This document shows, in pieces, positions 47,052-56,715 of a stretch of 64,000 nucleotides of DNA (positions are counted from its first letter, which is position 1; each line of letters begins with the position of its first letter). The notes beneath the pieces were generated by a model. It was given only the letters and a program-made list of their open reading frames with translations, was not told where the DNA came from and ran no database searches. Source of the stretch: an uncultured Candidatus Saccharibacteria bacterium (lineage in GTDB: Bacteria; Patescibacteriota; JABMPQ01; JAQVVF01); the NCBI GenBank assembly GCA_964574655.1, contig CAZNOH010000001.1:73852-137851 (forward strand), in the 5' to 3' direction. The position numbers and the translations under genes were made by a program.

Positions 47052-48542
47052 ATGAGTATGTTGAGACGGACTAATGTCCTTTGGAGTTTGGTTATTATGT
47101 TTCTAGTAATTTTTGGAGTGGGAATTTTTGGTTTAAATTTTGCCAAGGCTCAAGATAATAATTTGGGTTATAGGCCTGATGAAGTGGTTGTGAAATTTAA
47201 AAAAGGTTTTGAGCCATTATCGGGAGGAAGTCTAGGCAGTGATTTAGGAATGATCGTTAAAAAAAGAGGATTGTCAGGTTATTTGGTTTTGCAGGTGCCT
47301 AAAGGTGGATCAGTAGAAGAGATGATTGCTAAGTTAAAAAAAGATAAACGGGTAAAATATGTTCATCCAAATTATGAAGGGACATTGGCTTGGAAACCGA
47401 ATGATCCTTATTATCCAGTGCAATGGAATTTTGACAAAAATCATTTGAACATGGAAAAGGCTTGGGGGAAGACAAGGGGCAAGAGCAGTGTTAAAGTTGC
47501 TATTGTTGATACTGGAGTTGCTTATGAAAATTATGGTATTTATGGCAAGGCTCCAGATTTGGCTAATACAAAATTTGTTTATCCTTATGATAATGCAGTT
47601 GATTATTACGGAACAGTTGATTATCATGCCAATGATGACTATGGCCATGGAACGCATGTAGCTGGAACAATTGCTCAGAGCACAAATAATTCAAAGGGCG
47701 TGGCTGGTGTTGCTCCTAGCATATCAATTATCCCGATTGATGTTTTTTATTCAACTGGAACAACAGATTCTTCGAATGTTGCTGATGGAATTTATTGGGC
47801 GATTAACCATGGAGCCAATGTGATTACAATGAGCTTGGAATTTCAATATCCAGTAGAAGTTGTTGAAGAGGCGATTCAAACAGCAAATGATCATGGCATA
47901 TTAGTAACTGTTGCTGTTGGCAATGGCAAAAGGCCTTGGCCATATGGCGATGGTATTGATTCAACAGGTGATGCGTCATTAGCTTATCCGGCGACGTATA
48001 AAGAATCTTTTGCAGTTGGCGCAACTGATTATGCTGATATTCGTTCTTATTATTCTAATTATGGCAACAATTTGGATATGATGGCGCCAGGCGGAGATAT
48101 TTATGCTGACTTGAATAATGATGGCTATTTGGATGGAATTTTACAGCAGACTTATACTGATCCAACAACAAGTTATAAGAATTTTTCTTTGCAATTATAT
48201 CAAGGAACATCAATGGCGACTCCGCATGTGGCTGGAGTAGCAGCATTATTGTTTTCTCAAGGAAAAACTTTTTCTCAAGTTAAAAAAGCTTTGAAAAGAA
48301 CTGCAAAAAAAAGTATGACAAATTATAGTAATTTTGAATATGGCGCTGGTCGTTTGAATGCTGGAAGCGCTTTAAGTTATAAATTCTGTTCTAATAGTTC
48401 TTTGAAGATATATCAAAGCAATGTTTCAAAATATAAAAAATTGATGAATCAATATAAAAAAGGCTCTACTAAATATGATAAATACAAAGCCTTGAAGAAA
48501 AAATGGGCAAAAAAAGTGACGTGGTGCAAAAGCCACATTTAG
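47052..48542 (+). CDS. secreted subtilisin-like serine protease (S8), paralogue of the upstream gene
   Basis: VAIVDTGVAYENYG, HGTHVAGTIAQ, GTSMATPHVAGVAALL; a tandem duplicate of the 44211 catalytic domain. Confidence 0.85.
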   Translation: MSMLRRTNVLWSLVIMFLVIFGVGIFGLNFAKAQDNNLGYRPDEVVVKFKKGFEPLSGGSLGSDLGMIVKKRGLSGYLVLQVPKGGSVEEMIAKLKKDKRVKYVHPNYEGTLAWKPNDPYYPVQWNFDKNHLNMEKAWGKTRGKSSVKVAIVDTGVAYENYGIYGKAPDLANTKFVYPYDNAVDYYGTVDYHANDDYGHGTHVAGTIAQSTNNSKGVAGVAPSISIIPIDVFYSTGTTDSSNVADGIYWAINHGANVITMSLEFQYPVEVVEEAIQTANDHGILVTVAVGNGKRPWPYGDGIDSTGDASLAYPATYKESFAVGATDYADIRSYYSNYGNNLDMMAPGGDIYADLNNDGYLDGILQQTYTDPTTSYKNFSLQLYQGTSMATPHVAGVAALLFSQGKTFSQVKKALKRTAKKSMTNYSNFEYGAGRLNAGSALSYKFCSNSSLKIYQSNVSKYKKLMNQYKKGSTKYDKYKALKKKWAKKVTWCKSHI

Positions 48543-48576
48543 ACAATAACAAAATAACTAAATTCTAAATAACAAA

Positions 48577-48600
48577 AAGACGAGCGTTGCTCGTCTTTTT
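48577..48600. terminator. bidirectional terminator agacgagc-gtt-gctcgtct + T-run
   Basis: Perfect 8-bp stem between convergent genes. Confidence 0.6.
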
Positions 48601-48620
48601 AAATTATTGAGAATAGTGAT

Positions 48621-49565
48621 TTACTTTTTTCTCTTGATTCTAATCAAACCAGAACATGGAATTATTTCAATACCCTTTTGTTCTAGTTTGTCTAAGAATA
48701 AATTCATTCCTAAAGAATCAGATGAATAATGGCCGGCAACTATAACATTGACATTGGCTTTTTCAGCTTCTTTTCTATGTTCTTCAGAAAGATGCATTGC
48801 AATTGTGGTGCCAATTCCAGCTTGAGCCATTTTTTCGTAGATTTCTTTTGAACCTTCTGTTCCGCCAGTTATTTCAGTAATAGCAATTTTTCCTAAGCGG
48901 TGTTTTTGATTTCCAATAGTAAATGGTCCGAATCCCATTTTTTTTGCTTCTTTATATTCTGGAATTTTTAATAAACAATTCAAAGCTTCTTCAACAGTAT
49001 AAGGTTTTTCTTTAGAAAAATGTTTTTCTAAAAAATTGGCAGCTAAATTATCGCAAACAGTATGAGTGCAGATAAAGCCAATATTAAGAAGTTGCGCTAC
49101 TTGAACAGCTTGGTAATGATTTACTGGTTTAACATTTCTTGCAACTTCAGAAATTCTTTTTTCTAGTAATTTTTCTGCAATGTTAATTGGAATTCCATAT
49201 TTCGCTAAGATATCGGCTTGCATTTTCATGACATCTTCAAGCCCATCTGCCAATGCTTTTCCAGTTGGATGGTGCATGATAATTAAATCAACATTAAGAT
49301 GATTAGCTAGTAAAACTTCAGCAGTATCAATGTCAATGCCTGTTAATATTTTTTTTATTTTCTTTTCTGGCTTGTCAATTAAAATTCTAGTATCAGAGTA
49401 GGGATTAAAAAGTTTGTCTTTATCAAAATATTCTTTTTCTTGTTTTGGCAAATCTTGATATTCTTTTTTGGCTGAAGTCAAAACACGTTCTACTTCTTGT
49501 TTAGAACGGAGGTCTGAGTGTTTGCCAAGCTCGATAACTAATTTATAAATTTGTTGAATTGTCAT
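48621..49565 (-). CDS. Nif3-family dinuclear metal-centre protein (YqfO/GCH1-type-2-like)
   Basis: DLIIMHHP and VIVAGHYSSD metal-binding motifs; start set at MTIQQ, downstream of the ATTCGTAT-repeat leader. Confidence 0.65.
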   Translation of the reverse strand: MTIQQIYKLVIELGKHSDLRSKQEVERVLTSAKKEYQDLPKQEKEYFDKDKLFNPYSDTRILIDKPEKKIKKILTGIDIDTAEVLLANHLNVDLIIMHHPTGKALADGLEDVMKMQADILAKYGIPINIAEKLLEKRISEVARNVKPVNHYQAVQVAQLLNIGFICTHTVCDNLAANFLEKHFSKEKPYTVEEALNCLLKIPEYKEAKKMGFGPFTIGNQKHRLGKIAITEITGGTEGSKEIYEKMAQAGIGTTIAMHLSEEHRKEAEKANVNVIVAGHYSSDSLGMNLFLDKLEQKGIEIIPCSGLIRIKRKK

Positions 49566-49712
49566 AAATAATAATACGAATGGCCATACGAATAATGCAA
49601 ATGATACGAATTGCGAATCGGTAGCGTTTTCTACCTTGCCCATGGCAAGGGTTCATTACTTTGTAATAAAATTTATTTTTAAAACCCTCCTGTGAGGGAG
49701 GGTAAAGATTTG

Positions 49713-50057
49713 TTATTTTACAGTTTCAACAATTTTCTTGAATGTTTCAGGATTATTGACTACTAGTTCAGCTAATATTTTGCGGTCTAATTCGATTTTA
49801 TGTTTTTTCAAAGCAAAGATAAATCTGCTGTAAGAAAAATCATATTGTTTTAAAGCTGCATTAAGTCTGATAATCCAGATTTGTCTAAATTCAGCTTTCT
49901 TTTTTTTGCGATCTCGGAAAGCATATTTTTGCGCGTGAAGATAAGCTTCCTTGGCAGCTCTATATCTTTTTGAACGGCCATTAGTATAGCCCTTAGTTCT
50001 TTTTAAGATTTTTTTTCTTCTTTTATTAGCAATTGTACCGCGTTTTACTCTTGGCAT
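49713..50057 (-). CDS. rplT: 50S ribosomal protein L20
   Basis: MPRVKRGTIANKRRKKIL...KGY...RDRKKKKAEFRQIWIIRLNAA. Confidence 0.9.
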   Translation of the reverse strand: MPRVKRGTIANKRRKKILKRTKGYTNGRSKRYRAAKEAYLHAQKYAFRDRKKKKAEFRQIWIIRLNAALKQYDFSYSRFIFALKKHKIELDRKILAELVVNNPETFKKIVETVK

Positions 50058-50118
50058 TGTTATTAAATTAAAAGTCTAAAATTATCCGCCTTCGCTAAAG
50101 CTTCGGCGGACAAAGAAA

Positions 50119-50316
50119 TTAAGCGTAAGGTAATGATTTTTTGATATGGCTAACGTTGCCTGCAAAAACTATTTGATCAGATTTTTTAGCGCGAGAAGCT
50201 TTTCCATTATCACGTGCGTTAAAATGGTCTTGTCCGCAAGATCTTTGAATAAATTTTTTCGTTCCCGTTCTTTTAAATCTTTTTAATGTGGCTTTGTGAG
50301 TTTTTAGTTTAGGCAT
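50119..50316 (-). CDS. rpmI: 50S ribosomal protein L35
   Basis: MPKLKTHKATLKRFKRTGTKK...; 65 aa. Confidence 0.85.
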   Translation of the reverse strand: MPKLKTHKATLKRFKRTGTKKFIQRSCGQDHFNARDNGKASRAKKSDQIVFAGNVSHIKKSLPYA

Positions 50317-50400
50317 CTGTTTAAAATAAATTGAAAATAATTAAAATAAAGAATCTTGTCTTTGGTAGGTTATCACAATGTTTGTTTTTTGGCAAGGTTT

Positions 50401-50961
50401 TTAAGCTTTTGCAACTACCATGGCCATACCCAGTCTTTGTCTCTTTGGTTGTTGTTCGACTTTGATCTTTGTCTTTATGGTATCAACAAATTTATGAAGA
50501 GTTGCATTGACCAAGTCTATGTGAGCATTTTCGCGTCCCTTGATGACTATTTCTATTCTAACTTTGTTGCCTTCGTCCAAAAATTTGTCAGCTTGTTTAG
50601 CTTTAAATTCTAAATCGTTTTGGGAAATTCTTGGTGAGATGCGGACGCCTTTAATTTCAACCTTTCTAGCTTTTTTCTTTTGTTGCTGTTCTTGTTTTTC
50701 TTTCTGATATTTGTATTTTCCGAAATCTAAAAATTTGCAGACAGGAGGATGAATATTAGCCGCTACTTCAACAAGATCAAAACCCCCTTCTTTTGCTAGA
50801 GCAATGGCTTTGTAGGTTGGCATAACGCCCAGGCTTTTTCCTGTTTCATCGATGACTGCTACTTGAGGCAATCTAATTTCTTCGTTAACCCATGTTCTTT
50901 TGGATTTACTTGGGTTAAATTTTTTGTAGTGTGATCTATATTTTATACGTTTAGGTTTAAT
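50401..50961 (-). CDS. infC: translation initiation factor IF-3
   Basis: Conserved IF3 N- and C-domains (VNEEIRLPQVAVIDETGKSLGV...); probable non-AUG (AUU) start as in other infC genes; the ORF-track start at 51129 reads through a low-complexity repeat and is unlikely. Confidence 0.75.
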   Translation of the reverse strand: MKPKRIKYRSHYKKFNPSKSKRTWVNEEIRLPQVAVIDETGKSLGVMPTYKAIALAKEGGFDLVEVAANIHPPVCKFLDFGKYKYQKEKQEQQQKKKARKVEIKGVRISPRISQNDLEFKAKQADKFLDEGNKVRIEIVIKGRENAHIDLVNATLHKFVDTIKTKIKVEQQPKRQRLGMAMVVAKA

Positions 50962-51108
50962 TAATAAAAATTTTTTTCGATAATAGCTAATAATCAATAA
51001 CCAATAATCAATTAATAACCAATTATCAATAATCAAAAGTTTTGAAATTTGGTTATTGAGTATTGGATATTGTTTGGTGATTGGATATTGGTTATTATGT
51101 TTAATTAA

Positions 51109-51507
51109 TGGAGGTGGCGAGAATTGCACTCGCGTGTAAAAAGTTTGCTTAAAAAACTTTTACAAGTTTATTTAGTTTTGGTTGTCTCGAATAATAAACT
51201 TAAAACCAAAAAAATATTTATTACTCAAAGCCATTAAAGTTTTCAATAATCTCTAAGGCGAGAGATTATCTACATTCGTACGATGACACCCAAATTCCCA
51301 CACACGAATCTAGCGGGATGGATGGTAATCGGGTATTAAGCGATTACAGTTGAAGGTTGAAATGAAAAAGATTGAGCAAAAGCTTTTACTTTTTCAGAGA
51401 CCTTTGTTAATAAGTTTGCACTTATAAAATGCAAGAAGTTTTGAGAGTATCTTGCGACTCTACATGAATTTTTTAAACTGCGCTCTTTAGCGAAGCTTTT
51501 CACCCCC
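51109..51507 (-). ncRNA. ssrA: candidate tmRNA (ssrA)
   Basis: Minus-strand 5' GGGGGUG pairs with 3' CACCUCC-A to form a 7-bp acceptor stem with a G3:U70 wobble (alanine identity) and an A discriminator; T-arm-like GCGAG-UGCAAUU-CUCGC just 5' of the 3' acceptor strand; about 400 nt; adjacent to smpB. The tag ORF is not confidently resolved. Confidence 0.5.
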
Positions 51508-51590
51508 ATGATATGATGCTAATCTACTAATATTATGCCAATAATGCTAATTGCGAATCGTATTGGCAATTTGTAGATTGGCATCTTTGT

Positions 51591-52055
51591 TTATATTTTT
51601 TGACGGAGCATTCTGTTCATTTCGCGTTGGCTTTGTTTTTTCTTCAGATCCTCTCTCTTATCATATAATTTCTTGCCGCGGCAAACGCCAAGCAAAAGCT
51701 TAACTAATCCCTTTTTAGTATAAACTGAAATAGGGATAAATGTCAAGCCCTTTTGCTTTTTTAAGCCAATAAGTCCAATTATTTCGTTTTTGTTTAAAAG
51801 CAATTTTCTTGATCTGGTAGGATTATATGATTTTAAATTTCCAGCGAATTTGTATGGTGAAATGTGGGCGTTTAAGAGCCATGCTTCTGGTTGATGATTA
51901 TGTCCTGTATAGCTGATTGTAACATAGGCGCCTTTCAAGCTGATATTTTTTTGTTTAGCAGATTTTACTTCTTGCCCTTCCAATTTTAAGCCAGCCTCGA
52001 TTTTGTCGAGGATATGATAGTTGAAATATGCTTTTTTGTTGGTAGCTAATATCAT
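51591..52055 (-). CDS. smpB: SsrA-binding protein SmpB
   Basis: 154 aa; KKAYFNYHILDKIEAGLKLEGQEVKS...; conserved SmpB core. Confidence 0.85.
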   Translation of the reverse strand: MILATNKKAYFNYHILDKIEAGLKLEGQEVKSAKQKNISLKGAYVTISYTGHNHQPEAWLLNAHISPYKFAGNLKSYNPTRSRKLLLNKNEIIGLIGLKKQKGLTFIPISVYTKKGLVKLLLGVCRGKKLYDKREDLKKKQSQREMNRMLRQKI

Positions 52056-52196
52056 AATACGAATGACGATACGAATAATGCGAATGATACGAATTACGAA
52101 TCTGACTTTTTGTTGATTATATTATACTAAGTAAATATTGTAAATCCAAATAAAAAACGCTAGAAACTAGCGTAATAAAAAGTGCAATCTGGTGGT

Positions 52197-52502
52197 TTAG
52201 GGTTCAAACATTTCGGGTGGAAGTTCGTAGCAGCGTAGTGAAGGGTCAAAGATTAGTTGGAATGGTCCAACATTGTTGATTCCAGCTTTTTCGTTGCCAT
52301 TCATTATAAATATATGAAATCTTGCTCTTCTTCCTTCCAGCCGTTCTATTTTTGTAATTCGGAATGTTAGTAATTCATCAGTATCTTTTCCTTCAGAAAT
52401 AAGATGAGCGATGAATCCGTCTCCGAGCAATAGCATCTTGAACAGATTGTTGTCTGATTGTTCTTCGGGAATGATATGTAAGCCAGTAAATTTTTGAGTC
52501 AT
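52197..52502 (-). CDS. hypothetical protein
   Basis: 101 aa; moderately elevated GC; no recognisable family. Confidence 0.4.
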   Translation of the reverse strand: MTQKFTGLHIIPEEQSDNNLFKMLLLGDGFIAHLISEGKDTDELLTFRITKIERLEGRRARFHIFIMNGNEKAGINNVGPFQLIFDPSLRCYELPPEMFEP

Positions 52503-52514
52503 GGCGATCTCCTA

Positions 52515-53363
52515 TCAGGCGAGCCAGCAAAGAAAGAGATTTCTCTCTTTGTGTCCGCGGACATTTGACCACATCTGTGGACGGTCAGGAAATTGTTCAC
52601 GACCTTGGCAACTGGTACAGCTAGCACTAATTTCAACTGGCATTCCAGAATGGCTGACGGCAATTTGGGAGATCATTGCTCTATTGTCATAAGATACTTG
52701 ACCTTTTCTTGGTCCATGGAGGACAAGTCCAGTTGATTCAATTAGATCATCCTTATATTTGTAGCCAACGACTGGCAAGTTTTTATAACCAAATTCTCTG
52801 TTGAGTTTTTCGCCAAGTTCGGCGTTCTTTGGATCAGAGTGGTCATAGCCATTACAGCAAGGACCGATTCCAGCTCCAGCCCAGAATTGCAATTCGCGAA
52901 CAGGTACGCCAAGAGCATAAATAGCTTGATCAATAATATTCGATGAGCCGTCTTCGCGATAAAAACATTTCAGGCCAAGATGGATTAAGACAAAACGATG
53001 GGTTTTTTCGTGATACAAGATTCCGATGTGGCAGTCGGCGTTGAAGATGGCAGCAGATTCATCTGTTGAGCTTACAATGACACCATCGGCTGGTTTTTCT
53101 GTGCGATGAAGACCAGTTTGATTTTGAAAGGCGAAATCATCATCAGGGATGGCAATTCTATTTGTGAAGGCTACTTTGGGAGCGAGCACTGTTCTGGTTG
53201 CAATAGTATGGTAAGCATCTTCTACGATTTTTTGGACCATTGCAAGTCGGATTTCGAAGCCATTGCTTTGAGGATGAAAATTGTCAGGACAACCGAGATG
53301 AAGATATTTCACTTTGCCATGGAATAAAGTTTGTACTTGTGAAAGAACGTGCTGTTCGTGCAT
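52515..53363 (-). CDS. DUF152/Cu-oxidase_4-like protein (YfiH/PgeF family candidate)
   Basis: ADC (FNADCHIG), GxGIGPCC and CTSC motifs in the order seen in YfiH/PgeF; GC about 47%, well above the window average; strong SD aaggagga plus a hairpin upstream. Confidence 0.4.
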   Translation of the reverse strand: MHEQHVLSQVQTLFHGKVKYLHLGCPDNFHPQSNGFEIRLAMVQKIVEDAYHTIATRTVLAPKVAFTNRIAIPDDDFAFQNQTGLHRTEKPADGVIVSSTDESAAIFNADCHIGILYHEKTHRFVLIHLGLKCFYREDGSSNIIDQAIYALGVPVRELQFWAGAGIGPCCNGYDHSDPKNAELGEKLNREFGYKNLPVVGYKYKDDLIESTGLVLHGPRKGQVSYDNRAMISQIAVSHSGMPVEISASCTSCQGREQFPDRPQMWSNVRGHKERNLFLCWLA

Positions 53364-53727
53364 TTATCCCTTCCTCCTTCTCTGGGGAACGTTGATTAAA
53401 TCCGCCTTCGTCTTGCGAGACTTCGGCGGACAAGGTAGTATTGCATAAAAATGTTGGGAAATCAAGGTTTGAGTGTGATGTCGAAGAAGCTCGGCTTTTT
53501 CTAAAGTTGTATGCGCTTGCAATTAAGGGAGACTTTATTAAAAAGATTGACATTGGTTTTGAATAAAAAGCCGAGCTTCTTCGTCTTTGTATTTTGGCTT
53601 TCATTTTTGAAAAATCTTGCTATAATTTGATTGACTAGTTATTTACTTATTAGGTATTTTTGTTATACTGAAGGGGTCAAAAGAGATTCCTTTCCATGCT
53701 TCAAGTGGCGGAGTAGTCTACAGAAAA

Positions 53728-54120
53728 TTGGATAATAAAATTGAAATTATATTGCTTCATAGAAATAATACTGATACTTATCATTTTCCAAAGGGAACAG
53801 TTGAGGATGATGAGACTTTAGAACAGACTGCAATAAGAGAGGTGATTGAAGAAACAGGTTACAGAATTAAATTAGAAAGTTACTTAGGTTTTTTGAATTC
53901 GGAATTTGAAAAAGATGACACAATAATAAAAAAAGTAACAAATTATTTTTTATTTACTGTGATTGATGGAGAGCGAGGTGATTTTATTAAAGAGCATGAT
54001 AAAGTTCTTTGGGTAGAAATTGATAAAGCAAAAAAATTAGTTTTGGAAAATAGATTGGATTGGATGGAGAAAGAAAATGAAATGATTGAAATAGCGGAAC
54101 GAGTAATTTGTAACAGGTAA
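53728..54120 (+). CDS. NUDIX hydrolase
   Basis: Nudix box GTVEDDETLEQTAIREVIEETG. Confidence 0.7.
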   Translation: MDNKIEIILLHRNNTDTYHFPKGTVEDDETLEQTAIREVIEETGYRIKLESYLGFLNSEFEKDDTIIKKVTNYFLFTVIDGERGDFIKEHDKVLWVEIDKAKKLVLENRLDWMEKENEMIEIAERVICNR

Positions 54121-54135
54121 CTAGTAAGCTAGTAA

Positions 54136-55737
54136 TTGAATTTTATGATTAAAGACAAAATTAGAAAAAATTTAGAAGAGGCAATAAAAGAGGCTGGTTT
54201 TACTTTGCCAAAAGAAATTGCTATTTTGCAACCACAAAATGAAGAGTACGGCGATTATTCTAGTAATATTGCGATGATTTTGGCTAAACAAGAAAAACAA
54301 AATCCGATGCTTGTGGCCGAGAAAATATTCGGATATTTGGATATTCGGAAATTAGGTGGTATTTACAAAGATATCACAATTGCCAAGCCTGGATTTATTA
54401 ATTTTAAATTATCAGAAAAATATTTGATTAATGAGTTAAATATAATTCTGGATGTTAAAGAAAAATACGGACAAGGAAGAATCGAAAAAAGAAATAAAAT
54501 TAATGTTGAATTTATTTCAGCAAATCCAACTGGCAAATTACATGTTGGACATGGACGAGGCGCTTTTTATGGAGATGTGCTATCTAATGTTTTGAAAAAA
54601 GCTGGATTTGATGTGACTCGAGAATTTTATATTAATGATGCTAAAGATTCAAAACAAATAAGAACATTAGGTGAGATTTTGCATGGAAAGAAAAATCCTT
54701 ATGCAACTCTTTTTGTAGAAAAATTAATTAAAGAATTATCTGGAACAGCAGAATATTGGAAAACAACACAATTGGGAGATGCTGGTTTTAAATTAGCTGA
54801 AAAAATTCAGTTAGCAAATCGTGAATTTATTGAAAGAGATTTGGGTATACATTATGATGTGTGGATGTCAGAGCAAGGCATGTATATATTAGGCGCTCGA
54901 GAAAAATTGATCAAGTGGCTCGAAACAATGGGTTTGACTTATGAAAAAGATAAGGCTTTATGGATGAAGACAACAAAATTTGGCGATGATAAAGATCGAG
55001 TTTTAATTAGAACAACTGGAGAACAGACATATTTTTTCTCGGATATTATTTATCATTGGGACAAATTTGAAAGAGGCTTTGATAAATTGGTTGATGTCTG
55101 GGGAGCTGATCATCATGGTTATATCGGCCGAATGATGTCGGCGGTCAAAGCGATGGAACGAGATGGTGATTTTAAAGTTGTCATTACGCAGTTAGTGAGA
55201 CTAGTTTCTGGCGGTAAAGAGGTAAAGATGTCAAAAAGAGCGGGAACAGTTGTAAATTTAGACTGGCTTGTTTCCGAAGTTGGTTTGGATGCAGTTCGAT
55301 TTTTCTTTTTGATGAAGGCAGTTGAAACACACATGGATTTTAATCTTGATTTGGCAAAAGAGCAGTCGAAAAAGAATCCAGTGTATTACGTACAATACGC
55401 TTATGCTAGAATTTGTAGCATTATGGAAAAATCAGGAAGGAAATTCGGATATTCGGATATTCGGAAATTAACCGAACGACCGGAATTTGATTTGGCCAAA
55501 ATTTTATTGAAATTTCCGGAAATGGTTTTTGATGTGGCAAATAATTATGAAGTGCAGAGATTGCCTTTTTATGCGATGGCGATTGCTGATAAATTCCATG
55601 TTTTTTATGAAAAATGCAGAGTGTTGAGTGAAGACAAAGATTTGACTGAGGCGAGGCTTGGATTGGTTGAGGCAACGAGAATTGTGTTGGGTGAGACAAT
55701 GAACTTGATGGGTATTGAAAAGAAGACAAAGATGTAA
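54136..55737 (+). CDS. argS: arginine--tRNA ligase
   Basis: Class I motifs HVGH (SANPTGKLHVGHGRGA) and KMSKR; C-terminal DALR anticodon-binding region. Confidence 0.9.
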   Translation: MNFMIKDKIRKNLEEAIKEAGFTLPKEIAILQPQNEEYGDYSSNIAMILAKQEKQNPMLVAEKIFGYLDIRKLGGIYKDITIAKPGFINFKLSEKYLINELNIILDVKEKYGQGRIEKRNKINVEFISANPTGKLHVGHGRGAFYGDVLSNVLKKAGFDVTREFYINDAKDSKQIRTLGEILHGKKNPYATLFVEKLIKELSGTAEYWKTTQLGDAGFKLAEKIQLANREFIERDLGIHYDVWMSEQGMYILGAREKLIKWLETMGLTYEKDKALWMKTTKFGDDKDRVLIRTTGEQTYFFSDIIYHWDKFERGFDKLVDVWGADHHGYIGRMMSAVKAMERDGDFKVVITQLVRLVSGGKEVKMSKRAGTVVNLDWLVSEVGLDAVRFFFLMKAVETHMDFNLDLAKEQSKKNPVYYVQYAYARICSIMEKSGRKFGYSDIRKLTERPEFDLAKILLKFPEMVFDVANNYEVQRLPFYAMAIADKFHVFYEKCRVLSEDKDLTEARLGLVEATRIVLGETMNLMGIEKKTKM

Positions 55738-55821
55738 ATATTGGTGAGTTTTTTTTGAAATGTTATACTTAGAATGTTATTTACTTAAAATAAATAAAAA
55801 ATTGAAAGGGGGTGAATAGAA

Positions 55822-56559
55822 TTGAAAAAAAAATTGTTTGTGTTTTTTAGGACGATAGTAGCTTTAATGTTTGGTTTTGGTTTTACTTTTGGAATTTATA
55901 CTCCGACGACTTTTGCGGTTGCAGATACTGATCATGATGGAATTTTTGATTATAAAGATCATTGGTTGAACGATCATGATAATGACGGCAAAACTGACAA
56001 GAAAGATAAAGATGATGATAACGATGGACTTCGCGATAAAGTGGAAAAAGGCAAATATAAGCTAGATCATGATAATGATGGTCTTCGTGATGACAAAGAT
56101 AGCGATGATGACAATGATTGTATAAAAGAAAAAAATGAGAAGAATTTACAAAGAAGATTTGATCATGACAATGATAACATTATGGATAATAAGGATAAAG
56201 ATGATGATCAGGATGGAACAAAAGATGTTGATGAGGCTGAAGATGAGGAGTTTGATCATGATAATGATGGATTAGAAGATTGCAGTACAGGATTGGAGAA
56301 TGAAGATATTGATGATGATAATGACGGCATAGAAGATAATAAGGATGATGACGATTTTGATCATGACAATGACGGTGTTGAAGATGCAGATGATTCTGAT
56401 GATGATAATGACGATATAAATGATATTGATGAAGATGATGACGAGCAGTTTGATCATGATAATGATGGCATAGAAGATGATCATGATTCTGATGATGATA
56501 ATGATGGGAACAATGATGATGAAGACGAAGATGATGATGAATTTGAAACTGAAGATTAA
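55822..56559 (+). CDS. secreted acidic repeat protein (DHDNDG/DxDxDG repeats, likely Ca2+-binding)
   Basis: Signal/TM anchor, then 12 or more repeats of DHDNDGxxDxxDxDDDND; terminator hairpin at 56583-56615. Confidence 0.55.
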   Translation: MKKKLFVFFRTIVALMFGFGFTFGIYTPTTFAVADTDHDGIFDYKDHWLNDHDNDGKTDKKDKDDDNDGLRDKVEKGKYKLDHDNDGLRDDKDSDDDNDCIKEKNEKNLQRRFDHDNDNIMDNKDKDDDQDGTKDVDEAEDEEFDHDNDGLEDCSTGLENEDIDDDNDGIEDNKDDDDFDHDNDGVEDADDSDDDNDDINDIDEDDDEQFDHDNDGIEDDHDSDDDNDGNNDDEDEDDDEFETED

Positions 56560-56715
56560 TTATCTTTTAGATAGTTAGTAATAAAAAACGGGCTTGACAA
56601 AAAGCCTGTTTTTTATTAATGAGTCTTGAAATTTGATTATTTTAATGCTAGTTTATAGATGTATGGAGGTTTTTTTGTAAAATTTATTGATCATGAAAAA
56701 AATAAGTTTATTTTT

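Noticed and set aside
50356-50613. 85-aa + strand ORF
   Set aside because: Antisense to the well-supported infC gene.
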